Source: Promethearchaeati archaeon
Lineage (GTDB): Archaea; Asgardarchaeota; Heimdallarchaeia; JABLTI01
Assembly (NCBI GenBank): GCA_013166835.1
Contig: JABLTI010000048.1
Location: 1-18,024 of the forward strand
DNA: 18,024 nt
Direction: 5' to 3'
Position numbers and translations under genes: made by a program. This document shows, piece after piece, positions 8,377-16,009 of the stretch. The notes beneath the pieces were generated by a model, which was not told where the DNA came from, did not search any database, and saw only the letters and a list, made by a program, of their open reading frames with translations. The stretch's first letter is position 1, and every line of letters starts with the position of its first letter.

Positions 8377-10410
8377 TTATTCTGTTTGATATTCAGAGGC
8401 ACTTACTAACCAGAATGTCTCCTTTAGAAATACTAAACCTTCTTCAAGATATGAATCACGTATCTTTTCAAATTTTGTTTCATCTATTTCTTTCTTTTGA
8501 AGCTTTTGAAGTACTTTTAATTCTGTTTTAATGATATCTACAAACTTGAACATTCCTAATTCTTCAGCTAATTCTACTGCTTCAGTTAACTCTTCAATTC
8601 CATCCTCTATTTCATTCTTATAAGTTAAAACTTTTGCTAGAACTTTCTTTGTATACATTGTTAATGGTAAGAACTCTAAATCAAGTGAAATAAAGAGCAT
8701 GTCATCCATAGATTGTAGAATTTCTTCGAGAACCAAGTCATCCTTACTTTCTAAAAACTTCATGAATAAGACTACAGCTTTTTCTACTAATATCAACGCC
8801 ATTGTTAACGGTGAAGGAAAATCTTGTGCCTGCTCAAAGACAATTGCAATTAACTTTTCTGCTTCGTCTAATTCTCTCTTTTGAATCAAAAATCTAATTC
8901 GTGATATCAATGCCTGAGCATTTTCCTCTTTTGAATTATGAATTGATGCAAAGAGATCAGCTCTACTCATATATGATTCTGCTAAAGGTAATTTGTCTAA
9001 AGCAGTTGAGATTTCAAATAACCAATTCAAAATATCAAAATAAATATCATCTTTTCTATTGAGTTCCATACAGTAATTCAATGCAATTTCAAATTCACTG
9101 AAAGCTGAATCTAAATTACCAACTAAGGCATTTAATTGTCCGAGTTTCATTCGTTCCATTAATAAATCATCAGCAGAATAGCCAAGTTTTTCTTTGAAAA
9201 TTGTTGATTTGCTTCTATTTTCAACAGCCGACCAGAAATCTCCTGAAATGAAACTTACATGTGCTAAACCATCATAAATTGAAGGTAATAAATAATCAAA
9301 GTTGTTTTCTTTTGCAATTTTCAAGACATTGTTAAAGGTTTCAGCAGATTCAGCATACTGACCTCGTTTATAGGCTATTCGTGCTAGAGAAGTAAGAGCA
9401 ACTGCCATCCCATAATAATCAGTCATTTTTTCAGAGATTGAATAAGACTCGTTGAAATATTGTTCTGCCTTGTTTTGTTGGTCTTGAAGTTCTGCAAGCT
9501 TGGCTAATCTTGAAACGCAGGCAGATACACCAATCTGATCTTTAAGCATTTTATAAGCTTCTTTTGCTCCGAGATATGATTTTTCAGCTCGTTCATATTC
9601 TCCTTTTCTTTCCAAATATTGCCCTTTAATGCGTATAGCTTTTGCTTCTAATGCTGGAAATTTAATTGTCTGTAATGTTGCGAAAACTTTATTCAAATAA
9701 TTATCAGCTTCTTCAAGATTGGAAGACAAAACATACGCTTGAACTAAATCTAATTCATAATGGGCAATCCAATATTGATCTGGAATTTTCTTTGCGAGTT
9801 CATATATTGGCAAAGTTTCTTCTAGTATCTCTTTAGGGGCAAGTTGCTGAGCATTAATCCTACATTTAATCAGGTAAGCTGGCATGAACATATGTTCAAA
9901 TCCGGGAATTTTACCTTGATTCGCTTCTTTAAACTCATCAATTTTTTCCATAATCTCTGCTAATTTTTCCTTTCCCTTTATCCCACTAATAGAGTATAAT
10001 TGAGCTAGAATACCTAATAATTCAATATATAGTAGATAATCATTATCTTGTTCTGTAATTTCCTTTATTCGCTCAAGTGCCTTAATTGCATCTTCTATAT
10101 TTCCTTGAGCAGCCATCGTTAATGAATGCCAAATTCTAGCTCCATGGTTATGGGATTCTTTTTCTTCAAAGTACTCAGTAGCAAAGTAATCATAATCTGA
10201 GAGAAAATATGCAACCTTAGAGGCTAAGTACCAAATTTCATAATCATCAGGAGGTAATGTTGGAGATTTTGATATTTTTAGAAAACGATTTAGGAATGTT
10301 TTAGTGTCTGTAGAGTCTTGATCAAGTCTCTCAAACTGAAATTCAATAGTATCTAGAGATTCTTTTGTTAATCGGGATTCATGTAATTGAAAGTCTTTTG
10401 GAAGTACCAC
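8377..10410 (-). CDS. Long tetratricopeptide-repeat protein
   Basis: Repeated ~40-aa helical units with small/aromatic patterns (KGQYLERKGEYERAEKSY, LARIAYKRGQYAESAETF, LGQLNALVGNLDSAFSEFEIAL). No catalytic domain recognised. Confidence 0.85.
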   Translation of the reverse strand: MVLPKDFQLHESRLTKESLDTIEFQFERLDQDSTDTKTFLNRFLKISKSPTLPPDDYEIWYLASKVAYFLSDYDYFATEYFEEKESHNHGARIWHSLTMAAQGNIEDAIKALERIKEITEQDNDYLLYIELLGILAQLYSISGIKGKEKLAEIMEKIDEFKEANQGKIPGFEHMFMPAYLIKCRINAQQLAPKEILEETLPIYELAKKIPDQYWIAHYELDLVQAYVLSSNLEEADNYLNKVFATLQTIKFPALEAKAIRIKGQYLERKGEYERAEKSYLGAKEAYKMLKDQIGVSACVSRLAKLAELQDQQNKAEQYFNESYSISEKMTDYYGMAVALTSLARIAYKRGQYAESAETFNNVLKIAKENNFDYLLPSIYDGLAHVSFISGDFWSAVENRSKSTIFKEKLGYSADDLLMERMKLGQLNALVGNLDSAFSEFEIALNYCMELNRKDDIYFDILNWLFEISTALDKLPLAESYMSRADLFASIHNSKEENAQALISRIRFLIQKRELDEAEKLIAIVFEQAQDFPSPLTMALILVEKAVVLFMKFLESKDDLVLEEILQSMDDMLFISLDLEFLPLTMYTKKVLAKVLTYKNEIEDGIEELTEAVELAEELGMFKFVDIIKTELKVLQKLQKKEIDETKFEKIRDSYLEEGLVFLKETFWLVSASEYQTE

Positions 10411-10428
10411 TTTTTAACCTCTATAAGG

Positions 10429-10500
10429 TATTTCTTAGTAATCTATTATAGCCTAAAAAACAAGATTCCTATTATATGGATATTTCTTAGGGTTTCTTAG
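10429..10500. repeat. Three direct copies of TTTCTTAG
   Basis: Copies at 10431-10438, 10483-10490 and 10493-10500; the first two extend to TATTTCTTAG. Confidence 0.6.
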
Positions 10501-10647
10501 AGTATTTAATTTATGGTGCGGACTTTATTAAAGTTTATTTTTAAACAAAAAGTATCATCAAATGTATTTATATAGCAAGAAATCACTTTATCAGATAAAT
10601 TTCCCTATCTAAAAGATAATAAGGAAGTTTTACAGTTTTTTCTATAA

Positions 10648-10663
10648 TGAAAAAGCTTTTTCA
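10648..10663. promoter_or_regulatory. Perfect 16-bp palindrome overlapping the likely BRE/TATA region of the coiled-coil gene
   Basis: TGAAAAAGCTTTTTCA, 40 nt upstream of ATG 10704; GGTGA RBS at 10693-10697. Confidence 0.5.
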
Positions 10664-10703
10664 AATAGTATGATAACAAGTTCTCGGAGTTTGGTGAATA
10701 ATT

Positions 10704-12200
10704 ATGAGTGAAGAAGCTAGCAATCTCAGTCAAAAGCAACTGGAAAAATTGATTAGTAAAGCTAAAGAAATGGGTTATTCCAATCTGGCATTCTTTATAG
10801 ATGATCTTGACATGCTTTTGCGTTCTGCTAACTTATTGAAGCAAAAAGATATGAAATATTTTGAATTAGAGAATTTAATTACCCTCTTAATTAACAAGGA
10901 TATCAGCCTCGGCATGGCGCCACGAATGATTAGTATGGTGTCAAAATATTCTGAAAGAAATGAGGAATTAGAAACAGAAAATGCTTCTATGAAGCAGTCA
11001 AATATCACCATGCAAAGTAAATATCAGACAGCTGAGACACAAGTAAAAGAGCTTCAAAAACAAATCAAAGAATTGTCAGCTGGTGCCAGGTCTGATGCAA
11101 AAATAAAAGAAGAAAGTATAAAGCTCTCTGAAGAAAACAAGTACCTAAAAATTACTAATAAATCACTATCTGACGACCTTAAGAAAACTAAAGAAAAATT
11201 AGACAAAAAATTAGAGGAAGCAAATAATCTTGAGGTAGAGAATAGTCAATTAGAATTGAAGATGAAGGATCTTCAAAGAGAACTAAAAGAAGTTGATCTA
11301 GAATTAACTGACGAAAAGAAGAAAGTTAAGGGTAGAGATGAGACTAGAAAGAAAATTGAAGATTTAATTGAAGAATTAGATGAATTGTATCCAACAACTG
11401 ATGATCCCTTTAAGAGAGAATTCATTGCATTTATGGGAGTAGAACTTTCAGAAATCGCTGATAATAGGAATATAACTAGACAAAAAATTCTCAATCAAAT
11501 AGCAATTCATGCAAGAGAAATTGAGAAAATCTTTGAGCCAAGAATGGCTACTATGCAACCAACGGTTCGTACACCTATGAGACAACCTACTCAAGTAGAA
11601 ACTCCTGTTGAGACCACACCAGTCAAAGTAGAACCTTTTGTAGAAGAAGTAAAGGAAGTAATTCCCGAACCTGTTAAAAGGCAACCAATTAAAGAAGAAC
11701 CTGTTGCTGAATTGGTTGAGGATATTGATGACAATGATGTAGGAAATAGGTATGTAAAACCAAGTGAATTCCTTAAAGGAAAAAGCATTCATTCAGGTGA
11801 AGCAAAAGAAGAAGCACCTAAAATTGAAGTAAAAGAAGAGGTTGTTGCAACTACAGCACCAGTTGAAAAAACAGAGGAAAAAGAAGAAGAAATTGCTATT
11901 CCAACACCAAAACCTGTTTCAATTCCCAAGAAAAAGAAAAAAGGAAAAGCTGAACCAATAGACAGAACTCCAAGTTCAGATCTAGTGAAAGTTTTCGATG
12001 TTTTCATTAAGTATCTTGAGGCTATAACTGACAATAGCTCATTCAACGATTTGTGTGATAAGCTTATCGAAGAGCTATACGAACATGTAGGTTCTCCTGG
12101 AATGACTAAAGTCTATAAGATCAAGAGTGGTGGAGTTAAAAGAAAACAAATGCTAATTGATCTTATTAAGAAATGGCAAGTAAAATTACCTGAGATGTAA
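10704..12200 (+). CDS. Hypothetical protein: long coiled coil, P/E/V/K-rich linker and small C-terminal helical domain
   Basis: Heptad-patterned E/K/L-rich region at about aa 82-228; Pro/Glu/Val/Lys-rich region at about aa 280-425; amphipathic helices in the last ~75 aa. Confidence 0.85.
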   Translation: MSEEASNLSQKQLEKLISKAKEMGYSNLAFFIDDLDMLLRSANLLKQKDMKYFELENLITLLINKDISLGMAPRMISMVSKYSERNEELETENASMKQSNITMQSKYQTAETQVKELQKQIKELSAGARSDAKIKEESIKLSEENKYLKITNKSLSDDLKKTKEKLDKKLEEANNLEVENSQLELKMKDLQRELKEVDLELTDEKKKVKGRDETRKKIEDLIEELDELYPTTDDPFKREFIAFMGVELSEIADNRNITRQKILNQIAIHAREIEKIFEPRMATMQPTVRTPMRQPTQVETPVETTPVKVEPFVEEVKEVIPEPVKRQPIKEEPVAELVEDIDDNDVGNRYVKPSEFLKGKSIHSGEAKEEAPKIEVKEEVVATTAPVEKTEEKEEEIAIPTPKPVSIPKKKKKGKAEPIDRTPSSDLVKVFDVFIKYLEAITDNSSFNDLCDKLIEELYEHVGSPGMTKVYKIKSGGVKRKQMLIDLIKKWQVKLPEM

Positions 12201-12215
12201 GAAAATAATGTTTCA

Positions 12216-12238
12216 GAGAGAAGAGTTTCCTCTCTCTC
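12216..12238. terminator. Stem-loop between convergent genes (possible bidirectional terminator)
   Basis: GAGAG-a-AGAG-tttc-CTCT-CTCTC in the 51-nt gap between the two stop codons. Confidence 0.5.
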
Positions 12239-12251
12239 AAACTCGTTTATT

Positions 12252-12818
12252 TTAAATGTGAATATCACCAATTAGATTTAATGCATGTGCTGACATACCT
12301 GCATTATCAAATCGTATTCTCACCTGTCTAGATTTACTCTTTCCATGTATACCAGTGACTACCCCTTTAGCTGTGGCTTCACTATCAGGAAATTCAAGAA
12401 CGAATTTCTTGCCTATCAATGCTTTATGATTACAATCATCTAATATTTTAGCAATAGCTTGATTGGTTGTTTGCAATCTATTATTTCTTCGATAACTTAG
12501 AATCTGAGCTTTTATAATTTTTAATTTTCTAGATCTAGGTTTTGCTGTGGTTGTTGGTTTTTTGGTTGTAGTTTTTGCTGCAGGTTTCTTGGTAACTGGT
12601 TTTTTAGCTGTTGTTGTTGGTTTCTTAGGTGTAGGTTTCTTTGCAGCGGTTGTTGGTTTCTTTGTAGAGGTTTTAGCACCAGTTGGTTTCTTCTTTGTTG
12701 CTTTTGTTGTTTTCTTCGGAGGAGATTTTTTACTTGTTGCTTTTTTTGCTGTACTTTTTGCAGCTTGTTTTTTAGCTGTTGTTTTCTTGGTTGTTGGTTT
12801 TTTGCTTTTTTCAGACAT
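12252..12818 (-). CDS. rpl35ae: 50S ribosomal protein L35Ae (eL33) with long Lys/Thr/Ala/Pro-rich N-terminal extension
   Basis: The C-terminal ~88 aa (IKAQILSYRR...LIGK...KGVVTGIHG...VRIRF..GMSAHAL) match the archaeal L35Ae pattern. ATG at 12818 follows GTGA; the ORF track start is GTG 12827. Confidence 0.88.
   Translation of the reverse strand: MSEKSKKPTTKKTTAKKQAAKSTAKKATSKKSPPKKTTKATKKKPTGAKTSTKKPTTAAKKPTPKKPTTTAKKPVTKKPAAKTTTKKPTTTAKPRSRKLKIIKAQILSYRRNNRLQTTNQAIAKILDDCNHKALIGKKFVLEFPDSEATAKGVVTGIHGKSKSRQVRIRFDNAGMSAHALNLIGDIHI
12538..12803 (-). repeat. Degenerate KKP(T/V/A)/AKK peptide repeats within the L35Ae extension
   Basis: KKPTTKK, KKPTGAK, KKPTTAAKK, KKPTPKK, KKPTTTAKK, KKPVTKK, KKPAAK, KKPTTTAK; seen on the + strand as recurrent GTTGGTTT and TTTTTAGCTGTTGTT. 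Confidence 0.75.
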
Positions 12819-12865
12819 AAAAATCACATTTTAGTATTCTCTAATTTAGGGGACAAAGGGTCTAC

Positions 12866-12899
12866 TCAAAAAGGTTTTCGCTATATTTGAATATTCAAA
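12866..12899 (-). promoter_or_regulatory. Candidate rpl35ae promoter with upstream perfect palindrome
   Basis: Minus strand reads TTTGAATATTCAAA (14-bp palindrome, 12886-12899), then tatag, then CGAAAA-CCTTTTTGA (BRE/TATA-like). Confidence 0.4.
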
Positions 12900-12928
12900 A
12901 AATATTCAGTAATATCTCTTGATATTAA

Positions 12929-14371
12929 TTATATGTCTTGATCTTTTTCTTCGCCTTTGAAATGATTCTCTACTGCCAATAGTGTTCTTTCTAGGGCTTC
13001 AAGAAATTCCTCAATTTCCTTCTTTTTAATTGAAATTACCCGACCAGATTGATGAACGAGAGTATTTCGCTTTTTACGAATTGTATCAAATGCTTTTTCT
13101 TCTTTTTCGGAAATCATTCCCTTTTCTTTTAAGAATTGAAGAATCATAGAAAAATTATTGTAAATTTCAATTGGGGCATCAAATCTATCTATAAGACTCT
13201 TGAACAATTGTTCTGTTGATCTAAACAGAAATACTAAAGCTGTTGCATGTTCTTCTTCCGATATTTTATCCCACAATTTCAATCGATTTTTTACATATTC
13301 AATATCTGTTTTGAGAGAGTTTACTTCATGTTCATAACTGAAAACATCTCGAGCAATCTCATAGATAGGGCTATCAAAAAACCTATCTTTTATTATCGCG
13401 GTTTGCTTTGCTGTTACCTTTAATTCATCTAGAATTGGTTTATAGATTCTCCAAGCTTGTTGTTTAGCAACTTGATTTCTTGAATAGACTCTCAATGCCT
13501 CACCAAGAGACTCAGAGAATTCTTGCTGATAAATTGGATCTATTCTTCTTGAGTGTTTTCTTAATAAGCGATCCCCAACAAGGCTTTCAATAGGAAATTG
13601 ACTCAAAGCACGAATGTAATTACTTTGCTTGATTCGCTCTTCTTCATCAATATAGATAACAATTGGAAGTGTTTCTAAGATTAACTTCCTAAGACGACCA
13701 ATGGAATATATTGCTATGATATTACTAAGAATTATGAAAATAATAAAGAGTGAAGCAAAAATAGCCACATTTATTGGATTATCAATTTTATCGATTATAA
13801 TGAAATCAAATGAAATTTCTCTAAAATGAAGAATTACTACTCCTACAAAATTTGCTACAGAAAAAATTGCCCAGATAACTGAGAAAAGAAGCAAAGATTC
13901 AAAGCTGCTAAGTAGGTTTTCTTTTTTACTTTCCTTTGTTCTACTGACGTAAGAGTCAATGTATAATCCTCTTACTTCTTTTACTAATTGTGGAATTAAT
14001 TTTTCCTCTATGGATTTTTCAATTTTAACTTTTTGTTTTGTGGATACTCCATCTACATCATCTGAAAAAATAAACAAAGAATCAACATTCTTCTTTAAAC
14101 TTGTTTCATACTCTTTTCCAATTCCACAGATAAAATAGATGAACATTGGTGATATTATATAGAAGAAAAGAGCCGGAGCAATGAAGATTAGAATCCAAAT
14201 GACTAAGTAAATCAACCATGTGACATCAAGCTTAACACCTCTTAATGCAGTATAAATTGCAAATACTAAGAATTCCAAGATTAGTGGTACGTAAACCCCA
14301 AGTAGGAATCTTTGATTGAATAATGCATTTGTAACTCTTTGTCTTGAGAAGCTCATGATTTTCACTAGCAT
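12929..14371 (-). CDS. Multi-pass membrane protein (about 4 TM helices) with putative C-terminal HEPN domain
   Basis: Hydrophobic segments at about aa 22-44, 52-83, 158-182 and 200-224. The C-terminus has ATALVFLFRSTEQLFKSL and RKKRNTLVH (Rx4H). Alternative start at ATG 14356. Confidence 0.75.
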   Translation of the reverse strand: MLVKIMSFSRQRVTNALFNQRFLLGVYVPLILEFLVFAIYTALRGVKLDVTWLIYLVIWILIFIAPALFFYIISPMFIYFICGIGKEYETSLKKNVDSLFIFSDDVDGVSTKQKVKIEKSIEEKLIPQLVKEVRGLYIDSYVSRTKESKKENLLSSFESLLLFSVIWAIFSVANFVGVVILHFREISFDFIIIDKIDNPINVAIFASLFIIFIILSNIIAIYSIGRLRKLILETLPIVIYIDEEERIKQSNYIRALSQFPIESLVGDRLLRKHSRRIDPIYQQEFSESLGEALRVYSRNQVAKQQAWRIYKPILDELKVTAKQTAIIKDRFFDSPIYEIARDVFSYEHEVNSLKTDIEYVKNRLKLWDKISEEEHATALVFLFRSTEQLFKSLIDRFDAPIEIYNNFSMILQFLKEKGMISEKEEKAFDTIRKKRNTLVHQSGRVISIKKKEIEEFLEALERTLLAVENHFKGEEKDQDI

Positions 14372-14445
14372 ACATACTAGAAAAGTAATTTAATAATTCT
14401 TCTTTAATGTTTATTGTAATATAGTATAATTGAATAGCTGGTCTG

Positions 14446-15855
14446 GTGATTAAGATACATCCAAAAAATTCCTTTATTAAAAATCATCAATCTCTGCTAG
14501 AGGTAGATTTTGATTCACAAACAATAGAAGCAAGAAAAATTGCGTTGGAATTATTAAATGAAGGAATAAAAGCAGCAGATCCAATAAAAGCAATTCATAA
14601 CTCTGTCAAACTGGTAAATGATGAAATCAAATTTATTAGTGGAAGTTGTTTTTTGCTCAACGATTTAAACAAGATATTCGTTATTGGAGCAGGTAAAGCT
14701 ACAGCAAAGATGGCTGAGGGATTAGAAGAAATTCTTGGTCAGCATATATATGCAGGACAAATCAACGTTTCAGAAAATTCAGTAAAGCAGAAACTCAATT
14801 TGAAAAACATTCAATATAATATCGCGGGTCATCCTTTAGTGACTAATGGAACAATTTCTGGAACCAAGAAGATTTTAGATTTGATTAAGGGATTATCAGC
14901 AACGGATTTAGTTATATGTTTGATAAGTGGTGGAGGATCTGCTTTACTCGAGATACCAGTAGAAGGAATAACTCTAGAAGATTTGAGTGAGTTATTTCAC
15001 ATACTAACAGAAGCTGGTGCAACAATACATGAATTGAATGCAGTTAGAAAACACATTTCTAAAATCAAAGGAGGAAAATTAGCTCAAATAATCCAACCAG
15101 CAAAAGTTATCTCTCTAATAATCAGTGATGTTATAGGTGATACTTTGGATACTATTGCTTCAGGTCCAACCGCTCCTGATTTAACAACTTGGTTTGGTAC
15201 AGAACAAATTATCAACAAATATGAAATAATGCATAAATTACCGCTTTCAGTTCAGCAAGTAGTTAAACAAGGATTAACTAAAGAGGTTAATGAGACTCTA
15301 AAACCAGATAATTCTACTTTTGCTAACGTTGAGAATATCATTATTGCATCTAATGCAAGATCATGTGATTTAATGAAAGAGTATGCGATTCAAAATAATT
15401 TTTCATCATCAATTATATCAACTAATGTCTCAGGGGAAGCAAGAGACATAGGCAGAGAATTTGCAGAGAAGATAAAGAGTATGAAAAAAAATACTGTTTT
15501 GTTAGCAGGAGGAGAAACAACAGTTACAATTCAAGGGAAAGGATTAGGAGGAAGAAATCAAGAATTAGCACTAGCTGCTAGTCAAGTAATTGCAGGGACA
15601 AAAGGTATTGTAATAGCTTCTATTGGATCTGATGGAATTGATGGACCAACTGAAGCAGCAGGTGCATTAGTTGATGGTTATACAGTTTTATCAGGATCCA
15701 AAATGGAATTAGATATAGATGATTTCTTAGAAAACAATGATTCATTTAATTATCTCAAACAAACAAATAATTTGATCATCACAGGTTCAACCGGTACTAA
15801 TGTAATGGATTTAATAGTAATAGTAAAAACTGGAAGAAAAAAAGCTAATTTGTAG
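14446..15855 (+). CDS. Glycerate 2-kinase (class II / MOFRL family)
   Basis: VIGAGKA, AGHP, LISGGGSALLE, ELNAVRKHISKIKGGKLA, SDVIGD...IASGPT, GGETTV, GGRNQE, DGIDG, TGTNVMD. Confidence 0.93.
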   Translation: MIKIHPKNSFIKNHQSLLEVDFDSQTIEARKIALELLNEGIKAADPIKAIHNSVKLVNDEIKFISGSCFLLNDLNKIFVIGAGKATAKMAEGLEEILGQHIYAGQINVSENSVKQKLNLKNIQYNIAGHPLVTNGTISGTKKILDLIKGLSATDLVICLISGGGSALLEIPVEGITLEDLSELFHILTEAGATIHELNAVRKHISKIKGGKLAQIIQPAKVISLIISDVIGDTLDTIASGPTAPDLTTWFGTEQIINKYEIMHKLPLSVQQVVKQGLTKEVNETLKPDNSTFANVENIIIASNARSCDLMKEYAIQNNFSSSIISTNVSGEARDIGREFAEKIKSMKKNTVLLAGGETTVTIQGKGLGGRNQELALAASQVIAGTKGIVIASIGSDGIDGPTEAAGALVDGYTVLSGSKMELDIDDFLENNDSFNYLKQTNNLIITGSTGTNVMDLIVIVKTGRKKANL

Positions 15856-15955
15856 CTCTATGCTTATATTAGCAGACTTTTATATAATAAAAGAACAAGG
15901 TATGGTTATTTCCAAGGATTTTTGTATGAAATCCCCGAATATTACATTTGCAAAT

Positions 15956-15972
15956 AATGGTAAATATATAAG
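15956..15972 (+). promoter_or_regulatory. Candidate TATA box for vps4
   Basis: AATGGTAAATATATAAG, about 40 nt upstream of the TTG start. Confidence 0.4.
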
Positions 15973-16009
15973 AGAGTTGCAAGTATAGAATATCGAGCGT
16001 GGTCGAAAG

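Noticed and set aside
5409-8884. ORFs 5409..5624(-), 7640..7852(+), 8035..8241(+) and 8699..8884(+)
   Set aside because: Each lies antisense to a well-supported gene and has the Ser/Phe/Ile-rich composition typical of shadow frames.
11925-11948. PKKKKKGK resembling an SV40-type nuclear localisation signal
   Set aside because: Lys runs are common in this AT-rich genome (also in eL33 and Vps25), and there is no nucleus; kept only as a polybasic patch.
12252-12827. Calling the Lys-rich ORF a histone H1 or HC2-like protein
   Set aside because: The C-terminal domain matches ribosomal eL33; the H1 likeness is compositional only.
10775-12834. Antisense ORFs within the coiled-coil gene, and the hydrophobic + strand ORF 12547..12834
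   Set aside because: Reverse complements of Lys/Glu- or Lys/Thr-rich codons give apparently hydrophobic Phe/Val/Ser-rich frames; they are not credible membrane proteins.
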